From positions 124,001 through 188,000 of the forward strand of contig NW_027596437.1 of the NCBI RefSeq assembly GCF_964194155.1: a stretch of DNA of 64,000 bases, written 5' to 3'. The stretch is from Cetorhinus maximus. Its lineage: Eukaryota. A program made the translations under genes and the position numbers. Below the pieces are notes generated by a model, which saw nothing but the letters and a program-made list of their open reading frames with translations, made no database searches and was not told the origin of the DNA. Below, one piece after another: positions 37,246-49,635 of this stretch. Position 1 is the first letter of the stretch. Every line of letters starts with the position of its first letter.

Positions 37246-38683
37246 ATTATTTCCTTCCCTCATATTTTTTCCTCCCACCCTCCCTTCCTTCCTTCCTCCC
37301 ATACAACTAATTTCCCCAATTTATTCCTTCCATTCCTCCATCCTTCCTTCCCTTCCATTCTCCATCGTTCCTTCCTCACGCATTTCCTCTCTCACCTGCT
37401 TTTAACCTGAGAAGAGAGAGGAGGGTACCCGAGGGTTGGCCTGAGGGACAGGATTGGCTGGTTGATATCCGGTGAGATTGGCCCATGTGGTTTACATTGG
37501 GATTGGAGGTCCACTTAGCAGGAAGAGAGGAGAGGATTGGGCAGTCTTCAAAGAGGTAAGTAGAGAGGACGAGGCGGATTTATGTAGGGAAAGAATCTAG
37601 AGAGAGAGAGGGGAGGGGGCATAGCAGACTGGTGGGTTTTTGTCCCTGAGTATAATCATACCACTGCAGATCATTATCTACTGAGTAATTTAATTTTGTG
37701 TGTAGACCAGTCGACATACAATGAATGAGTTAGCAATAGTTTGGGGACCACAATTGTGTAGTTCATATCATGGCTGCTGATAGATTTCATATAATTATCT
37801 TCTCAAGGTATCGTGAACACACATCCCTCATGTGAACTGATTAATGCTTATAAATGGTCTGTGCACAATGCTTGACATACAAGAGGTTTTATTGATTTAA
37901 TAAATGTTTTGATAAGGCAGCTTTAATGGAATCAGATTAAATTACAGTTGAACATCCGGAGATGACACCTTCGCCGACCATAATCTTTACTGTTGGTCAA
38001 AGCCAACTAGATTGGATTAAGAGGCACCGTTTAAGGGGTGTTTATGTGAACATTTTAGAGAACTATTGTTCGCATTTTGGACCTGCCCATGTCCCAAAGC
38101 CTTTTTGAACAAATGACGGAAGTATCAAAGGCGGGTGCCAAATTGAACACAGCAAGATCCCGCCAACTTCAAGGCGGTTAATGACCAGATCATCTGATTT
38201 AATCCTCCCTGCGTTCCTCAATCCTGCCCTCTTGAGCATCCTCCGATTCCCATTGCTCCACCATTGGCTGCCGTGCCTTTAGCTGCCAGGTGCCCTAAGC
38301 TGTGGAATTCCTTCGCTAAACCTCTCTGACTCTCTCTCTCTCTCTCTCCTCCTTTAAGATACCCCTTAAAAACTGACCTCTCTGACCGAATTATTGGCCG
38401 CAATATCTCCTTATGTGGCTCGGTGTCAAATGTAATAATGCTCCTATGAAGCACCTTGGGACGCTTTGCCTTGCTAAAGGCGCTAGATAAATATAAGTTG
38501 TTGTTGCCGCAATTGCTTCCTTTTTACCCTTGGTGCCTGGATCGCCGGTATTGTTGCACCATTTTCCCACTTGGTTGGGGTTAAATTTTTGCCTTCTTTC
38601 CTCTGCAGGCTACTGAGGAGGCTGGAGTTCAGAGGTCGCTGCCAGTAGCTGCTCCAAACACAGCCGCCCTGAATGACTCGCAG

Positions 38684-38923
38684 ATGAGGGAGCTGGGGCC
38701 CTGGAGCAACTCGGCCGGTGAGCAATGGAGGCATCGCTACAATTTCTACGCGGCATTGCTCAGCCTCCTGATCTTCGTGGTGGTGTTTGGCCATGTGTTG
38801 ATGTGCATGGCAGTGTCCAGGGAGAGGGCACTGCAGACGACCACCAACTACCTCATCGTCAGCCTGGCTGTGGCAGACCTACTGGTGGCCACGCTGGTGA
38901 TGCCCTGGGTTGTCTATCTGGAG
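38684..38923 (+). pseudogene. drd2l: D2-type receptor coding exon 1 (N-terminus, TM1-TM2)
   Basis: [62 protein letters not shown]|gt; upstream acceptor ttcctctgcag at ~38609. Confidence 0.9.
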
Positions 38924-39183
38924 GTTAAACCGTTAGTTCGCTCCCGCTTATCGATAGGCGGGAGGGGCCCCGAAGGGCGTTGGGCCTCGCAGCTACCGAC
39001 ATCACTCCTCAGCGACCCCACCCCCCGTCATTGAGGTCCTAAGTCCTTTTCCCACTTCCCTTCCTGGAGCCAGTCACTTGTGCATCAGTCACGGCCAGAA
39101 CAAGGTCTCTCTTCTGGTCATCCATTTAGATACCAGGCGATTGGTGAACAACACAAGACTGAACTTGGCCGTATAGAAACATA

Positions 39184-39312
39184 GGCCAGGATTTTATGGC
39201 CCCTCCTGCCCGGCGGGTTATTACGGTCCTGCCGAACTAAATGGAGATTTAATTGGCTCGCCGCGTCCACTGGGGGGGAGACACGCTGCGGTGGGGCCAT
39301 AAAATCCTGGCT
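39184..39312. mobile_element. MITE (probably PIF/Harbinger-type)
   Basis: Perfect 19-bp inverted repeat GCCAGGATTTTATGGCCCC (39185-39203 / 39293-39311), inserted in a CR1 tail. Confidence 0.75.
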
Positions 39313-39860
39313 ACAGAAAATAGGAGCAGGAATAGGTCATTCGGCCCTTCAAGTCTGTTCCGCCATTCAATATGATCATTGCTGATCCTCTATCTCAACG
39401 CCACACTCCCGTGCTCTCCCCATACCCCTTGGTGCCTTTGGAGTCTAGAAATCCATCTATTTCCTTCTTAAATATACTCAGTGACTTGGCCTCCACAGCC
39501 TCTGTGGTGGAGAATTCCACAGGTTCACCACCCTCTGAGTGAAGAATTTTCTCCTCATCTCAGCCCTAAATGGCCTACCCCATTTCCTGAGACTATGACT
39601 CCTTGTTCTAGACCACCCCACCAGCCAGAGGAAACGTCATCCCTGCATCCAGTCTGTCCAGCCCTGTCAGAATTTTATACGTTTCAATGAGATCCCCTCT
39701 CATTCTTCTAAACTCCAGTGAATACAGGCCTAGTCAGCCCAATCTCTCCTCATATGACAATCCTGCCACCCCAGGAATCAGCCTAGTGAACCTTCATTGC
39801 ACTCCCTCTATGGCAATTATACCCTTTCCTAGGAAATAAGACCAAAACTGCGCACAATAG
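39313..39860 (-). mobile_element. CR1 3' fragment
   Basis: Reverse CR1 tail and ORF2 end. Confidence 0.8.
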
Positions 39861-39952
39861 GGACAGGAGCAGGCCATTCAGTCCATCGAGCCTGTTTCAC
39901 CATTAGATTGGAATGGTCCTGCACAGAAGGAGACCATTTGGCCCATCAAATG

Positions 39953-40340
39953 GAGACACAGTGGCGTAGTAGCAATGTCACTGGACTAGTAAACTGAAGG
40001 CCCTATGTAACGCTCTGGGGACATGGGTTTAAATCCCTACAAGGCAGCTGCTAGAATTTAAGTTCAATTAATAAATCAGCAATTGAAAGCTAGTCTCAGT
40101 CATGGTGACCATGAAACTATCATCAATTGTTATAAAACCCATCTGGTTCACTAATGCCCTTTAGGGAAGGAAATCTGCCGTCCTTACCCGGTCTGGCCTA
40201 CATGTCACTCCAGGCCCACAGCGATGTGGTTGACTTTTAATTTCCCTCTGAAATGGCCGAGAAAGCCAATCAGTTCAGGGGCAATTAGGGATGGGCAACA
40301 AATGCTGGCCTTGCCAGCGACGCCCACATCCCATGAAAAA
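39953..40340 (+). mobile_element. Full-length HE1-type SINE
   Basis: tRNA-like head gtggcgtagtagcaatgtcactggactagt...gggtttaaatccc; tail gggcaattagggatgggcaacaaatgctggcc. Confidence 0.85.
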
Positions 40341-41119
40341 GATAAAAAGAAAATTGAGTCTGCTGCAGATTTTTGAAAGATCAATCCAATTAATCCCCAC
40401 TCTCCCCCCACCCCCCACTGCTCTTTCCCCCGTCGCCCTGAAAATTTCTCCCCTTCCAGTATTTATCCGATTCCTCCCCTTTGAAAGTTCCTGTTGAATC
40501 TGCTTCCCCCGCCCTTTCAGGCAGCGCCTTCCAGATCACAACAACTCGCTGTGTGATTAAAAGTCGCCCTTCCTCACCTCGCCCCCTGCTGGTGACGCTC
40601 ACTTGCACCAAAGGCTTATCCGCCTCAGCAAAAGCCGTTCCCACATTGTCGTGGGCAACCCTCGGCCGCTGAACGATCGTCATGGATGGGGGATAATATT
40701 GCAGCCGTCGGGCACTCTTCTGAGTGTTGTGATCCTCCAAAGAGCGAATCTCGCAATCCCATCTCTCAATCGCTTTCATTACCACTTCAAACAAAGAAAA
40801 AGCAAACATAAGATCAGCCGGCGCAATGAAGCTATTCATTGCACAAATGATAAAATATTCATTCATTATCATCGAACTGCTAGATAATTCATTTTGTATA
40901 ATGTCTCCGCTAGATATCTAATCGCACTATTCTCACACAATCAAATCTGGAGCAAAATTAGTTTTATAGGAAATGAAAATTACTGTAATATTCTTTGCTG
41001 CAGCGCTTTCAAACTAATTTATACTTCATACTATCGAGATTGTCCACAAGCGTTTAATCTCTTCATCTTGAAATTACCCGAACTATTATTTTCGCCTTTT
41101 ATATTCTTTTCAATGGAGA

Positions 41120-41712
41120 TGTAATATCTCTATGGACCTCAGTGACTTTTAGGGGGAAGAAAGTAAATGAGAATTTATGGTAAGGGAGAATTCATGATAA
41201 GGGAATGAATTACTTAAATTAGAATCTATAGGCAGGCCAGCGCAAATCTGTAAATCAACAATTAAACAGTTAAACCAGATGAACCTTTTACACTCTCAAA
41301 CTTTGTACACCCTCAGGGTTTGCAATCACCAGCAATGTCCTGGGAGTTAGACTGGAGTCAGAGGATGGCAAGAACATATTTTAAGTGTGTTCTTCAACAG
41401 ATAGGGGAAGGACAGATGGTCCCAGCTTAGATAGGAAGGCAGGTCTCTGCCTGGGTGAAAGTAGGGTCAGATGATGCATGTACCTTTGTACCAGAGACTT
41501 GTCTGTTTAATGTAAACCTATATGTTAAGAAGATTGGAATCTGGAGGGTGTTCTTGTATGTGACCAATAATGTATAAATATGGTGAACACTTGTAGCTTA
41601 GCAGAGTACTGTCTCAAGCTGTATTGAGATGGTGCCCTCCTTGCAATTGCTCGAATAAACGATCGTAACCTGTACCTGAGTCTCCTGTGGTCCGTTCATG
41701 AAAGACACCACA
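41120..41712 (+). mobile_element. Solo LTR (ERV/Gypsy-like)
   Basis: TGTAA...CACA termini, CCAAT and TATAAA ~41564-41578, AATAAA ~41654; no clear TSD. Confidence 0.6.
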
Positions 41713-42212
41713 TCAGTGACAAATGCATAAAACGACCCAAGTGTTAAGCCAATGTTCTCCAAGTTTGATTAATGTAGGTGCAGAATAAGTGTTAGTTTCT
41801 CAACAGAAGATTGTTAAGATGATGCTATAACACATATTCAAATGATTCAAATCAACACGTTCTCTTGGCATATTTATGTTTAGAATATGAAAATGTCTAG
41901 GCTTTTTCTCTGACATGAATGAATAATTGATGTGTTATTTAATAAAAATGTCAATAAGTGCAAAACTGTCAACAGCAAAACAGCAGCAGAAAGTTTATAA
42001 TTTCAACAACAACTTTTGATTCTACAGCACCTTCAATTTAATGAAGTGTCTCCAAGGTGCCTCACAGAAGTGATTATCAAACAATATTTGACCCCAAGCC
42101 ACATCAGGAGATATGAGGGACCGGTGACCAAAAGCTCAGTCACAGAGTGAGGTTTTAAGGAACGTCTTAAAGCAGGAGAGAGTGAGAGAGAGAGATAGAA
42201 AGAGAGAGAGAT

Positions 42213-42597
42213 AGGGGCTGGAGGAGGCTCCAGAGATAGGGAGGGTTGTAGGGGGCTGGAAGAGGTTACAGAGATAGGGCGGGTTGTAGGGACTGGAGGA
42301 GGTTACAGAGATAGGGAGGGTTGTGTGGGCTGGAGGAGGTTACAGAGATAGGGAGGGTTTTAAGGACTAGAGGAGGTTACAGAGATAGGGAGGGTTGTGG
42401 GGGCTGGAGGAGCATACAGAGATAGGGAGGTTTTAGGGACTAGAGGAGGTTACAGAGTTAGGGAGGGTTGTGGGGGCTGGAGGAGGTTACAGAGATAGGG
42501 AGTGTTGTAGGGGCTGGAGGAGGTTACAGAGTTAAGGAGGGTTGTAGGGACTAGAGGAGGTTACAGAGATAAGGAGGGTTGTAGGGATTGGAGGAGG
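42213..42597. repeat. 38-bp minisatellite (~10 copies) next to a reversed L2 tail
   Basis: ggggctggaggaggttacagagatagggagggttgtag units. Confidence 0.9.
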
Positions 42598-42600
42598 AAC

Positions 42601-44674
42601 GAGTCCATTAGCAAATTCGAAAACTAATTTTTATCGACGTGGAAACAATCACACTCCTAACGATTGGCAATTTAAAAGGTGGAATGTTATTTTTGTCACA
42701 AAAAAGGACACATATTGAAACATTGCAACACAACATTAAAACAGGCTTCCAGGCAACAAAAGCCCAATGAAGTATATAGTGTGGAAGAGCCAGAAACAAC
42801 CAATTCTGACATTTAATCCTTATTCAACATGAGAGTTGGGAAGACAGAGCCAGTCACTGTCACTTTACAGGTGAATGGGAAACTCTTAATAATGGAAGTA
42901 GGCACTGGTGCTTCTACCACTGTAGTAGGAGAACACAATTTCAGATATTTAAATAAAGGTGCTCAACAATTAAATTTGGAACAAACTTCCACCAAGTTGA
43001 AAACGTACACAAGCGAAGAAATCCAGGTATAAGGTATCACCAGAGTACCTGCTTATTATAGACACCAAACAGCACAACTGCCAGTGATGGTATTAGAAGG
43101 TACAGGACCAAGCCTTCTAAGTCGAAATTGGTTGAAGGAAATTAACCTTGATTGGCCAATGAGATTTCAAAAGGAAGCAGGAAGAGTTCCTGAGTTGGAA
43201 AAGGAACAAGGCAAGGTCCTTCAGAAAGAGCCTAGAGAGTCCAAGGACCGCATCTGGATGCAAATGGAATGTGTAGCTATTCAGCAACCTGAAGAAATGA
43301 AGACTGTCTTAAACTACGACATGGAAGAACAGCAGAAGAAACTCAAGGCGACTCTGCTGAACTACAGAGTTCAAGTTGAAGCGAGTGAGTTTCACAAAGA
43401 AAAGAAAAACCCTGTTGAAAGACCCTCACACACCACAAGGATCCCTCAGGTCAAAATTTGTACCTCTGGAAAATTACGAAGAGAAGCAGGAAGAATTTAA
43501 CGTCAGTCTGAGCAAACTGAAGAACGAATTGGCACAGAAGACGCAGCAATGTTCAAGGTTCCAGGAGGAAGCCAACAGATACACGAAGGAGACAGAAGAG
43601 CTGAAGAATCAGCTGAATGAAGCTAAAGGTCGTAGACCTTTCCAAGATGCAAGTAGATAATGAAGTCATGGGTAACTCAATTACTGAACTAAGACAAGTT
43701 GAGAAATCACCTGAGAGAAGTCTGGCCGACAGTGAAGTCAAGATGAAGGCCAAGACTATACTCTGTGGTAGAAAGCAGAAGACAAAAAGGAGGAAGGTCC
43801 TGAAAAGACAATAAATGGCGAGAATGAAAAAGTTAACAGGTGATCATCGGAAACTAAACTTGCTCGTTTCCTATTTCACTACAGAACAATCCCAATTTGG
43901 AGGATAAGATGGAGAAAAGTCAAGGGAACCAAAAAGCGACTCCTGATTTGCATAGTCATGAGCAACAATTTACTGTTGGAGAAACAGTGTATGTAAGGAC
44001 TGAAGTGGTTAGCTGGTAAAGTAAGCTCTGTGACCGGACCATTGTCGTACCGTATGGAAGTGGAGGGCCGGATCACCCGTAAGCATGTGGATCATTGAGG
44101 AAGAGAGATATCCCAAGAAAATGATGTTCCACCTCTAACCATTGCTGAACCTATGGTTCCTGTTGAAGTTGCTCAACCAAGGACAGACATGCCCGATGTC
44201 TCTGTCGGAGTGGAAGACACTGAACTGCCTGTGCCTAATGAGGTAACTGATGTTAATGCGGTTCCAGAGAATATGGTTCCTGCAAAAGAATCGGAAGTCG
44301 TGGAGCTTCGACGTTCCACACAGATCAGGAAACTATCTTAAAGACTGAATTTGTAATTTCATGACCTGTGTAAATATTGTGATGGCATGAGATAAATACA
44401 AAAGGTAGAGAAAAGTTTAAGGTTGGGGGTGGGGCGGGGTGGCTACAGTAATTATAGTTCTGTTAAACGTAGGGCTGTAGCTTTAAGAATACTCATGTGT
44501 TGTAAGATCACATGACCTGTATGGACCAATGAGTTAGCAGCACGGGGACCCTCGAGGAGAGAATTCTTCTTTAGTTATAGAGTTAGATGCACACATGTAA
44601 CTGCTGCTGCCGTCTTGTAAATAAAGTTCAACGTTTCCACCAAGCAAAGCTGCCTAGAAAATCAACTCTATCAC
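42601..44674 (+). mobile_element. Non-autonomous Ty3/Gypsy element: gag knuckle, protease, captured coiled-coil fragment, integrase C-terminus, PPT and 3' LTR (~44444-44674)
   Basis: CHKKGHILKHC knuckle; VNGK...MEV[G]TGAS...GPSLLSRNWL protease; TKLARFLFHYRT...WLAGKV...GPLSY...RKHVDH; LRRST; G-rich PPT then an LTR with AATAAA ending TCACA. Confidence 0.85.
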
Positions 44675-45269
44675 ACTTTCCTTCCCGAAAGTACATCAGT
44701 GAAACAAACAGGGTATTTATGACAATGGATGATCACCATTACTGAGACTAGCTTTCAATTCCAGATTTATTAATTGAATTTAAATTCCACCTACCACTGT
44801 GGTGGGAATTGAACCCATGTCTCCCAGAGCATTAGCCTAGGCCTCTGGATTAGTAGTCCAGACATTAATGTTATGCCGCCATCTCACCTTTTAGTGACAA
44901 TCAAATATTGATAGCCCTTAGTTCTGGTCTCACCCCACAAAAATAGAAAGACTTTCGCTGCCCTATCGAAAAACCCCTTTCATCGTCTTAATCAGGTCAC
45001 CCCTCAGCTTTCTCATTTCTAGAGAAAAGAGCCCCAGCCTGTTCAGTTTTTCCTGAGAGTTATAACCTCTCGGATTTTGGCAGTGTAGGAAATGCAGAAT
45101 AGATGAAGAATAGCCTCCTTCGGCGCTGTGAAGTGCTGAGAAGATCGGAAAAAGGGGTTTAATTTCACTCCACCTGGCGGAAACTGCACAGCAACAGACT
45201 TAAAATGGTAGCGGACAACCTGCTTCTCCAGCCCTTTTGGCACCGGGTGGCGGGGCTGTGCCAGGAAGA

Positions 45270-46030
45270 ATAAAAAAGAGGCATATTATCTAAATGGTGA
45301 GAGATTGCAGAGCTCTGAGATGCAGAGGGATCTGGGTATCCTAGTGCATGAATCACAAAAGGCTAATAGCCTTTACATCAAGTAATTAGGAAGGCTAATA
45401 GAATGTTATCGTTTATTGTGAGGGGAATTGATTGTAGGGAGGTTATGCTTCAGTTCTACGGGGCACTGGTGAGACCGTATCTGGAGTACTGTGTACAGTA
45501 TTGGTCACCTTATTTAAGGAAAGGTGTCAATGCGTTAGAAGCAGTTCAGAGGATGTTTACCAGGCTAATACCAAGAATGTGTGGGTTGTCTTATGAGGAA
45601 AGGTTGGACAGGTTAGGCTTGTATCCACTGGAATTTAGATGAGTAAGAGGTGACTTGATTGAAACATTTAAGATCCCGAGCGGTCTTGACAGGGTGGATG
45701 TGGAGAGGATGTTGCCTCTTGTGGGAGAATCTAGAACGAGAGGTCACTGTTTAAAAATAAGAGGTCGCTCATTTAAGACAGAGATGAGGAGAACTTATTT
45801 CTCTCAGAGGTTCGTGAGCCTATGGAACTCTCTTCCTCAAAAGGCGGTAGATGCAGAGTCTTTGAATATTTCTAAGGCAGAGCTAGATAGATTCTTGCTT
45901 AACAAAGCGTTGAAAGGTTAACGGGGGTAGGCAGGAATGTGGGGTTGAGGTTACAATCAGATCAGCCATGATCTTATTGAATGATGGAACAGGCTCAAGG
46001 GGCCGAGTGGCCGACTCCTGCTCCTAATTC
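45270..46030 (+). mobile_element. CR1 3' fragment
   Basis: LVRPYLEYCVQYWSPYLRK...SYEERLDRLGL. Confidence 0.85.
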
Positions 46031-46429
46031 ATAATTTGTGATGTGTCCATCTGAATTCATACACATCAGCGTTCCAGTGGGGTACATGACACGCGTGTGC
46101 CATTGTCAGTGGAGTGCCCTCTGGGCTGCACAAGGGTAGCTAGACTCTTCCTCCCTCTCTTCCCTGCACCCCACCCCCCACCTCCCTCCTCAGGCCTTTA
46201 CCCACCACCCTCCCTTATTCCTCCATTACTTTTCCTGGGCTCCCTAGTTTTGGGAGGAGTGGGGCCACCGAGAACCAACGGCCAGCGAGTGGCCCTTTCA
46301 TGACTCCAGGTTCGCCAGATGTGCATTGACAAGGTTCCCCCCCTCCTCCCTGAAGCTCGATAGAGAATGGGACCCTCCCATGAGAGAGGCTGTCCCGCTT
46401 GTGATCCTGGTTGGAAATGGTAGGAAACT

Positions 46430-47360
46430 GGGAAATATTGGGATGCAGAGGGACCTGGGTGTCCTTGTACACGAATCACAGAAAGACAGCAGGTAGGTAC
46501 AGCAAGGAACTCGAAAGGTAAATGGCATGTTCGCCTTTATTGCAAACGGATTGGCATATAAAAAGTAAAGATGTCTTAAAATAATTATATAGATCTTTGG
46601 TGAGACTACACCCGAATATTGTGCACAGTTCTGGATCCCTAACCCTACCCCTTACCCCAAACCCAACCCTAACTCCCTAACCTCATCCCCAACTCCCTAT
46701 CCCTAATCCTAACTCCCTAACCCCATCCCTAACTCTCCAACCCCATCCGTAACTCCCAACTCCGGCCCTAACCCCATCCCTAACTCCGTACCTCATCCCT
46801 AACTCCCCAAACCCCACCCCTAACTGACTACCCCTAACCCTAACCCCATCCCTAACTCCCTACTCCTAACCCTAACTCCCTAACCCCATCCATAACTCTA
46901 ACTAAACTGATTCCTGGGATGAGAGGGATGTCCTATGAGGGGAGATTGAGTAGAATGGCCCCATATTCTCTGGAGTTTAGAAGAATGAGAGGTGATCTAA
47001 TTGAAATGTACAAAATTCTTCGGGGGTTTACAGGGTCGATTCTGGGAGGCTGTTAACCCCCCACCCCCTCCCCTGGCTGGGGAGTCTGGAACAATGGTGG
47101 GGGTCACAGTCTTAGGATAAGAGGTCAGCCATTTTGGACTGAGATGAGGAGAAATTTCTTCACTCAGAGGGTTGTGAATCTTTGGAATTATCTACCCCAG
47201 AGAGCTATGGATGCTCCATCATTGGGTATACTCAAGACTCAGATTGATAGATTTTTGGGCACTGAGGGTGGGAAAGTGGATTTGAAGTAGAACATCAGCC
47301 ATGATCTTAATGAATGGGTGAGGCAGGCTCGAGAGGCCGAGTGGCCTCCTCCTGCTCCTA
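46430..47360 (+). mobile_element. CR1 3' fragment interrupted by a telomere-like repeat
   Basis: CR1 sequence on both sides of 46636-46905. Confidence 0.8.
46636..46905 (-). repeat. Degenerate interstitial telomere-like repeat (CCCTAA)n
   Basis: ccctaa/cctaac variants with a higher-order ccctaactccctaaccccat unit. Confidence 0.8.
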
Positions 47361-47380
47361 TTTGTCTGGCTGTTTGCTAG

Positions 47381-47463
47381 TTCTTGGGAGTATTGTGTAC
47401 CTTTTTCCGACTGGATCAATGGAACCTCATCCTCAACCTCCCTTGGTTGTCATGGCTACAGGA
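47381..47463 (+). pseudogene. drd2l: Candidate decayed TM3 exon of the D2-type receptor
   Basis: ctag|FLGVLCTFFRLDQWNLILNLPWLSWLQ(GA)|gtacgc; LD, ILNL and the S align with CDIFVTLD...SILNLCAISIDR; phase 0 to 2 as expected. Confidence 0.45.
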
Positions 47464-47582
47464 GTACGCCATTTGGCCTATTGAACTTACTTCCCTGCTT
47501 CACTCACCACCTATTTTGGAGCTTTTTAAAGACCGTCCGGTTCATTAACAGCTCTAACCTGTTTCTTGTACACCCCTTGCAG

Positions 47583-47711
47583 GTATACAGCGGTTGCCAT
47601 GCCAATGCTCTACAATATCCAAGCGGAGAGTCACGTTGATAATAACCATGGTCAGGTTGCTGTCCTTCGCCATCTCATGCACGCTGCTCTTCGGGCTAAA
47701 AAACCACCCTG
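47583..47711 (+). pseudogene. drd2l: D2-type receptor exon (ICL2-TM4) with a frameshifting deletion
   Basis: cag|G YTAVAMPMLYN / SKRRVTLIITMVRLLSFAISCTLLFGLKNHP G|gtaag; TRYS codons reduced to one base. Confidence 0.9.
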
Positions 47712-48246
47712 GTAAGCTGTGCCCATCAAGAACCCTTCTTTCATCTTTTATTCCTCTATTGTCTCCTTCTATGGTAAGGGAGGGCCATGAGAATTCTCAC
47801 AGCAGTCCCAAGGATTGGGGACTTCAGTTATATGGAGAGACCGGATCAGCTGGGATCGTTCTCCTTAGAGTAGAGAAGGTTCAGGGGGAGATTTAATTGA
47901 GGCATGCAAAATCATGAGAGGTTTTGACAGAGTAAATAAGGAGAAAGTGTTTCCAGTGGCAGGAGGGCCGGTAACCAGAGGACCACAGATTGAAGAGAAT
48001 CGGGAAAAGAACCAGAGGGGGGGAGGAGGAGAATTTATACTCCACATGAGCCCACTCCCACCCCCTCTTTATCTCCCTCATCACCATTTCCTTCTATTCC
48101 TTTCTCCCTCATGTGTTTATCCAGCTTCCCCATTAAATACATCGATAATATTCGCCTCAACTACTCCCTGTGGGAGTGAGTTTCACATTCTCCCCCACTC
48201 TCTGGGTGAAGAAGTTTCTCCTGAATTCCCCATTGGATTTACTAGT

Positions 48247-48574
48247 TGTTGCCGTATGCTGATAGTGCTGGTATCCCACCACTGCCAACCATATTGTATT
48301 ATGGTGCGCAGTGGTGTCTCAACGATGCAACATTGAGACTTGTAGATTTAAACATGAACTCTTTATCTACTTATAGATCTCAGGTTACTGTCATGCATGG
48401 CGCTGCTACCTCCATGCAGGCTGGTTCCAGAGTGTTCTCTCTAGACTGTTCTCTCAGTCTGTTACCATGTGACTTTATACATCATACCATGGGTGGTGCT
48501 ATTCTCCAGTTCCTCTCTGACCCTTACTCTGCCGAGCACCTTTACATTACAGTGGCATGCAGGTACATACAACA
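48247..48574 (-). mobile_element. Solo LTR with 5-bp TSD, inserted in a CR1
   Basis: TGTTG...CAACA termini; CTAGT at 48242-48246 and 48575-48579. Confidence 0.85.
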
Positions 48575-48896
48575 CTAGTGACTATCTTATATTGATGGCT
48601 GTCTAGTTCTGGTCTCCTACCAGCCTTACCCTCCCCCACCCCACCCAAAAAGTGGAAACAACTTCTCTAGGTTCACCCTGTCAAAACTCTTTCATAGTTT
48701 TAAAGGCTTCTATCAGGTCACCCCTCAGCCTTCTCTTTTCTAGAGGAAAGAGCCCCAGCCTGTTCAGTCTTGCCTGGTATTTATAAGCTCGTAATTCGAG
48801 TGCCATCTTTGTGAACCTTTAGTTACAACTTCCCTAGTGACTCAATGACAGCTTTTGCAATTATGGAGACCAGGAATGTGCTCTGTCCTCTTCCAG

Positions 48897-49096
48897 ATAA
48901 AAGGGAAGAGACCATATGTGCTATCATGAACCCTTTTTTCATCTTATATTCTTCTATTGTCTCCTTCTACGTTCCCTTCATCGTGATGCTGTTAGTTTAT
49001 GTCCAGATCTGTGCCATGCTGAGACAGAGGAGGAAGCGCGTGGCAGCTAAGAGGTTCAGCGTTGCCATGGATCATGAAACCAAACCGCCCATAAAG
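48897..49096 (+). pseudogene. drd2l: D2-type receptor exon (ECL2-TM5-ICL3 start)
   Basis: ttccag|..CAIMNPFFILYSSIVSFYVPFIVMLLVYVQI...RRKRV...PPIK|gt. Confidence 0.9.
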
Positions 49097-49635
49097 GTCG
49101 GAAGAGTAAATAACAAGCTCAAATATTAAAATGAGGGGATGTGCGTAGTGGGCGTGGTGTAAGTGACTGACCTTTAACCTCTAGACGCCGCAATTAAATC
49201 CTGCCCAAGTTCGCTTTGTGTAGAGGCTGCACGGGTTCAATTCGACATGGGTTAGAGTGGCTTCGATCCATTTTGTATCAGACACGCTGCCATGATGCAG
49301 AGTTGCTTTCAACCTGCCATTTAAGGGAGGATACAGGATGACTGAGGAAGTGATGTCACCACAACTATAGGATGTTGGTCATTTGTAGGAGGCTGCAGAT
49401 CGGCAGATTGGTATAGAGGGAAATGTACATCTAACCGCGTGCTGTACCTGTCCTGGGAGTGTTTGGTGGGGACAGTGTAGAGGGAGCTTTACTCTGTATC
49501 TAACCCCGTGCTGTACCTGTCCTGGGAGTGTTTGGAAGGGACAGTGTCTTGCTTTATTATTTAAAAAACATGCTATTCAGGGTGAAATTTCCTTGTGCAA
49601 TATTACTGTGCGTATCACACAATCATATTCCACCT

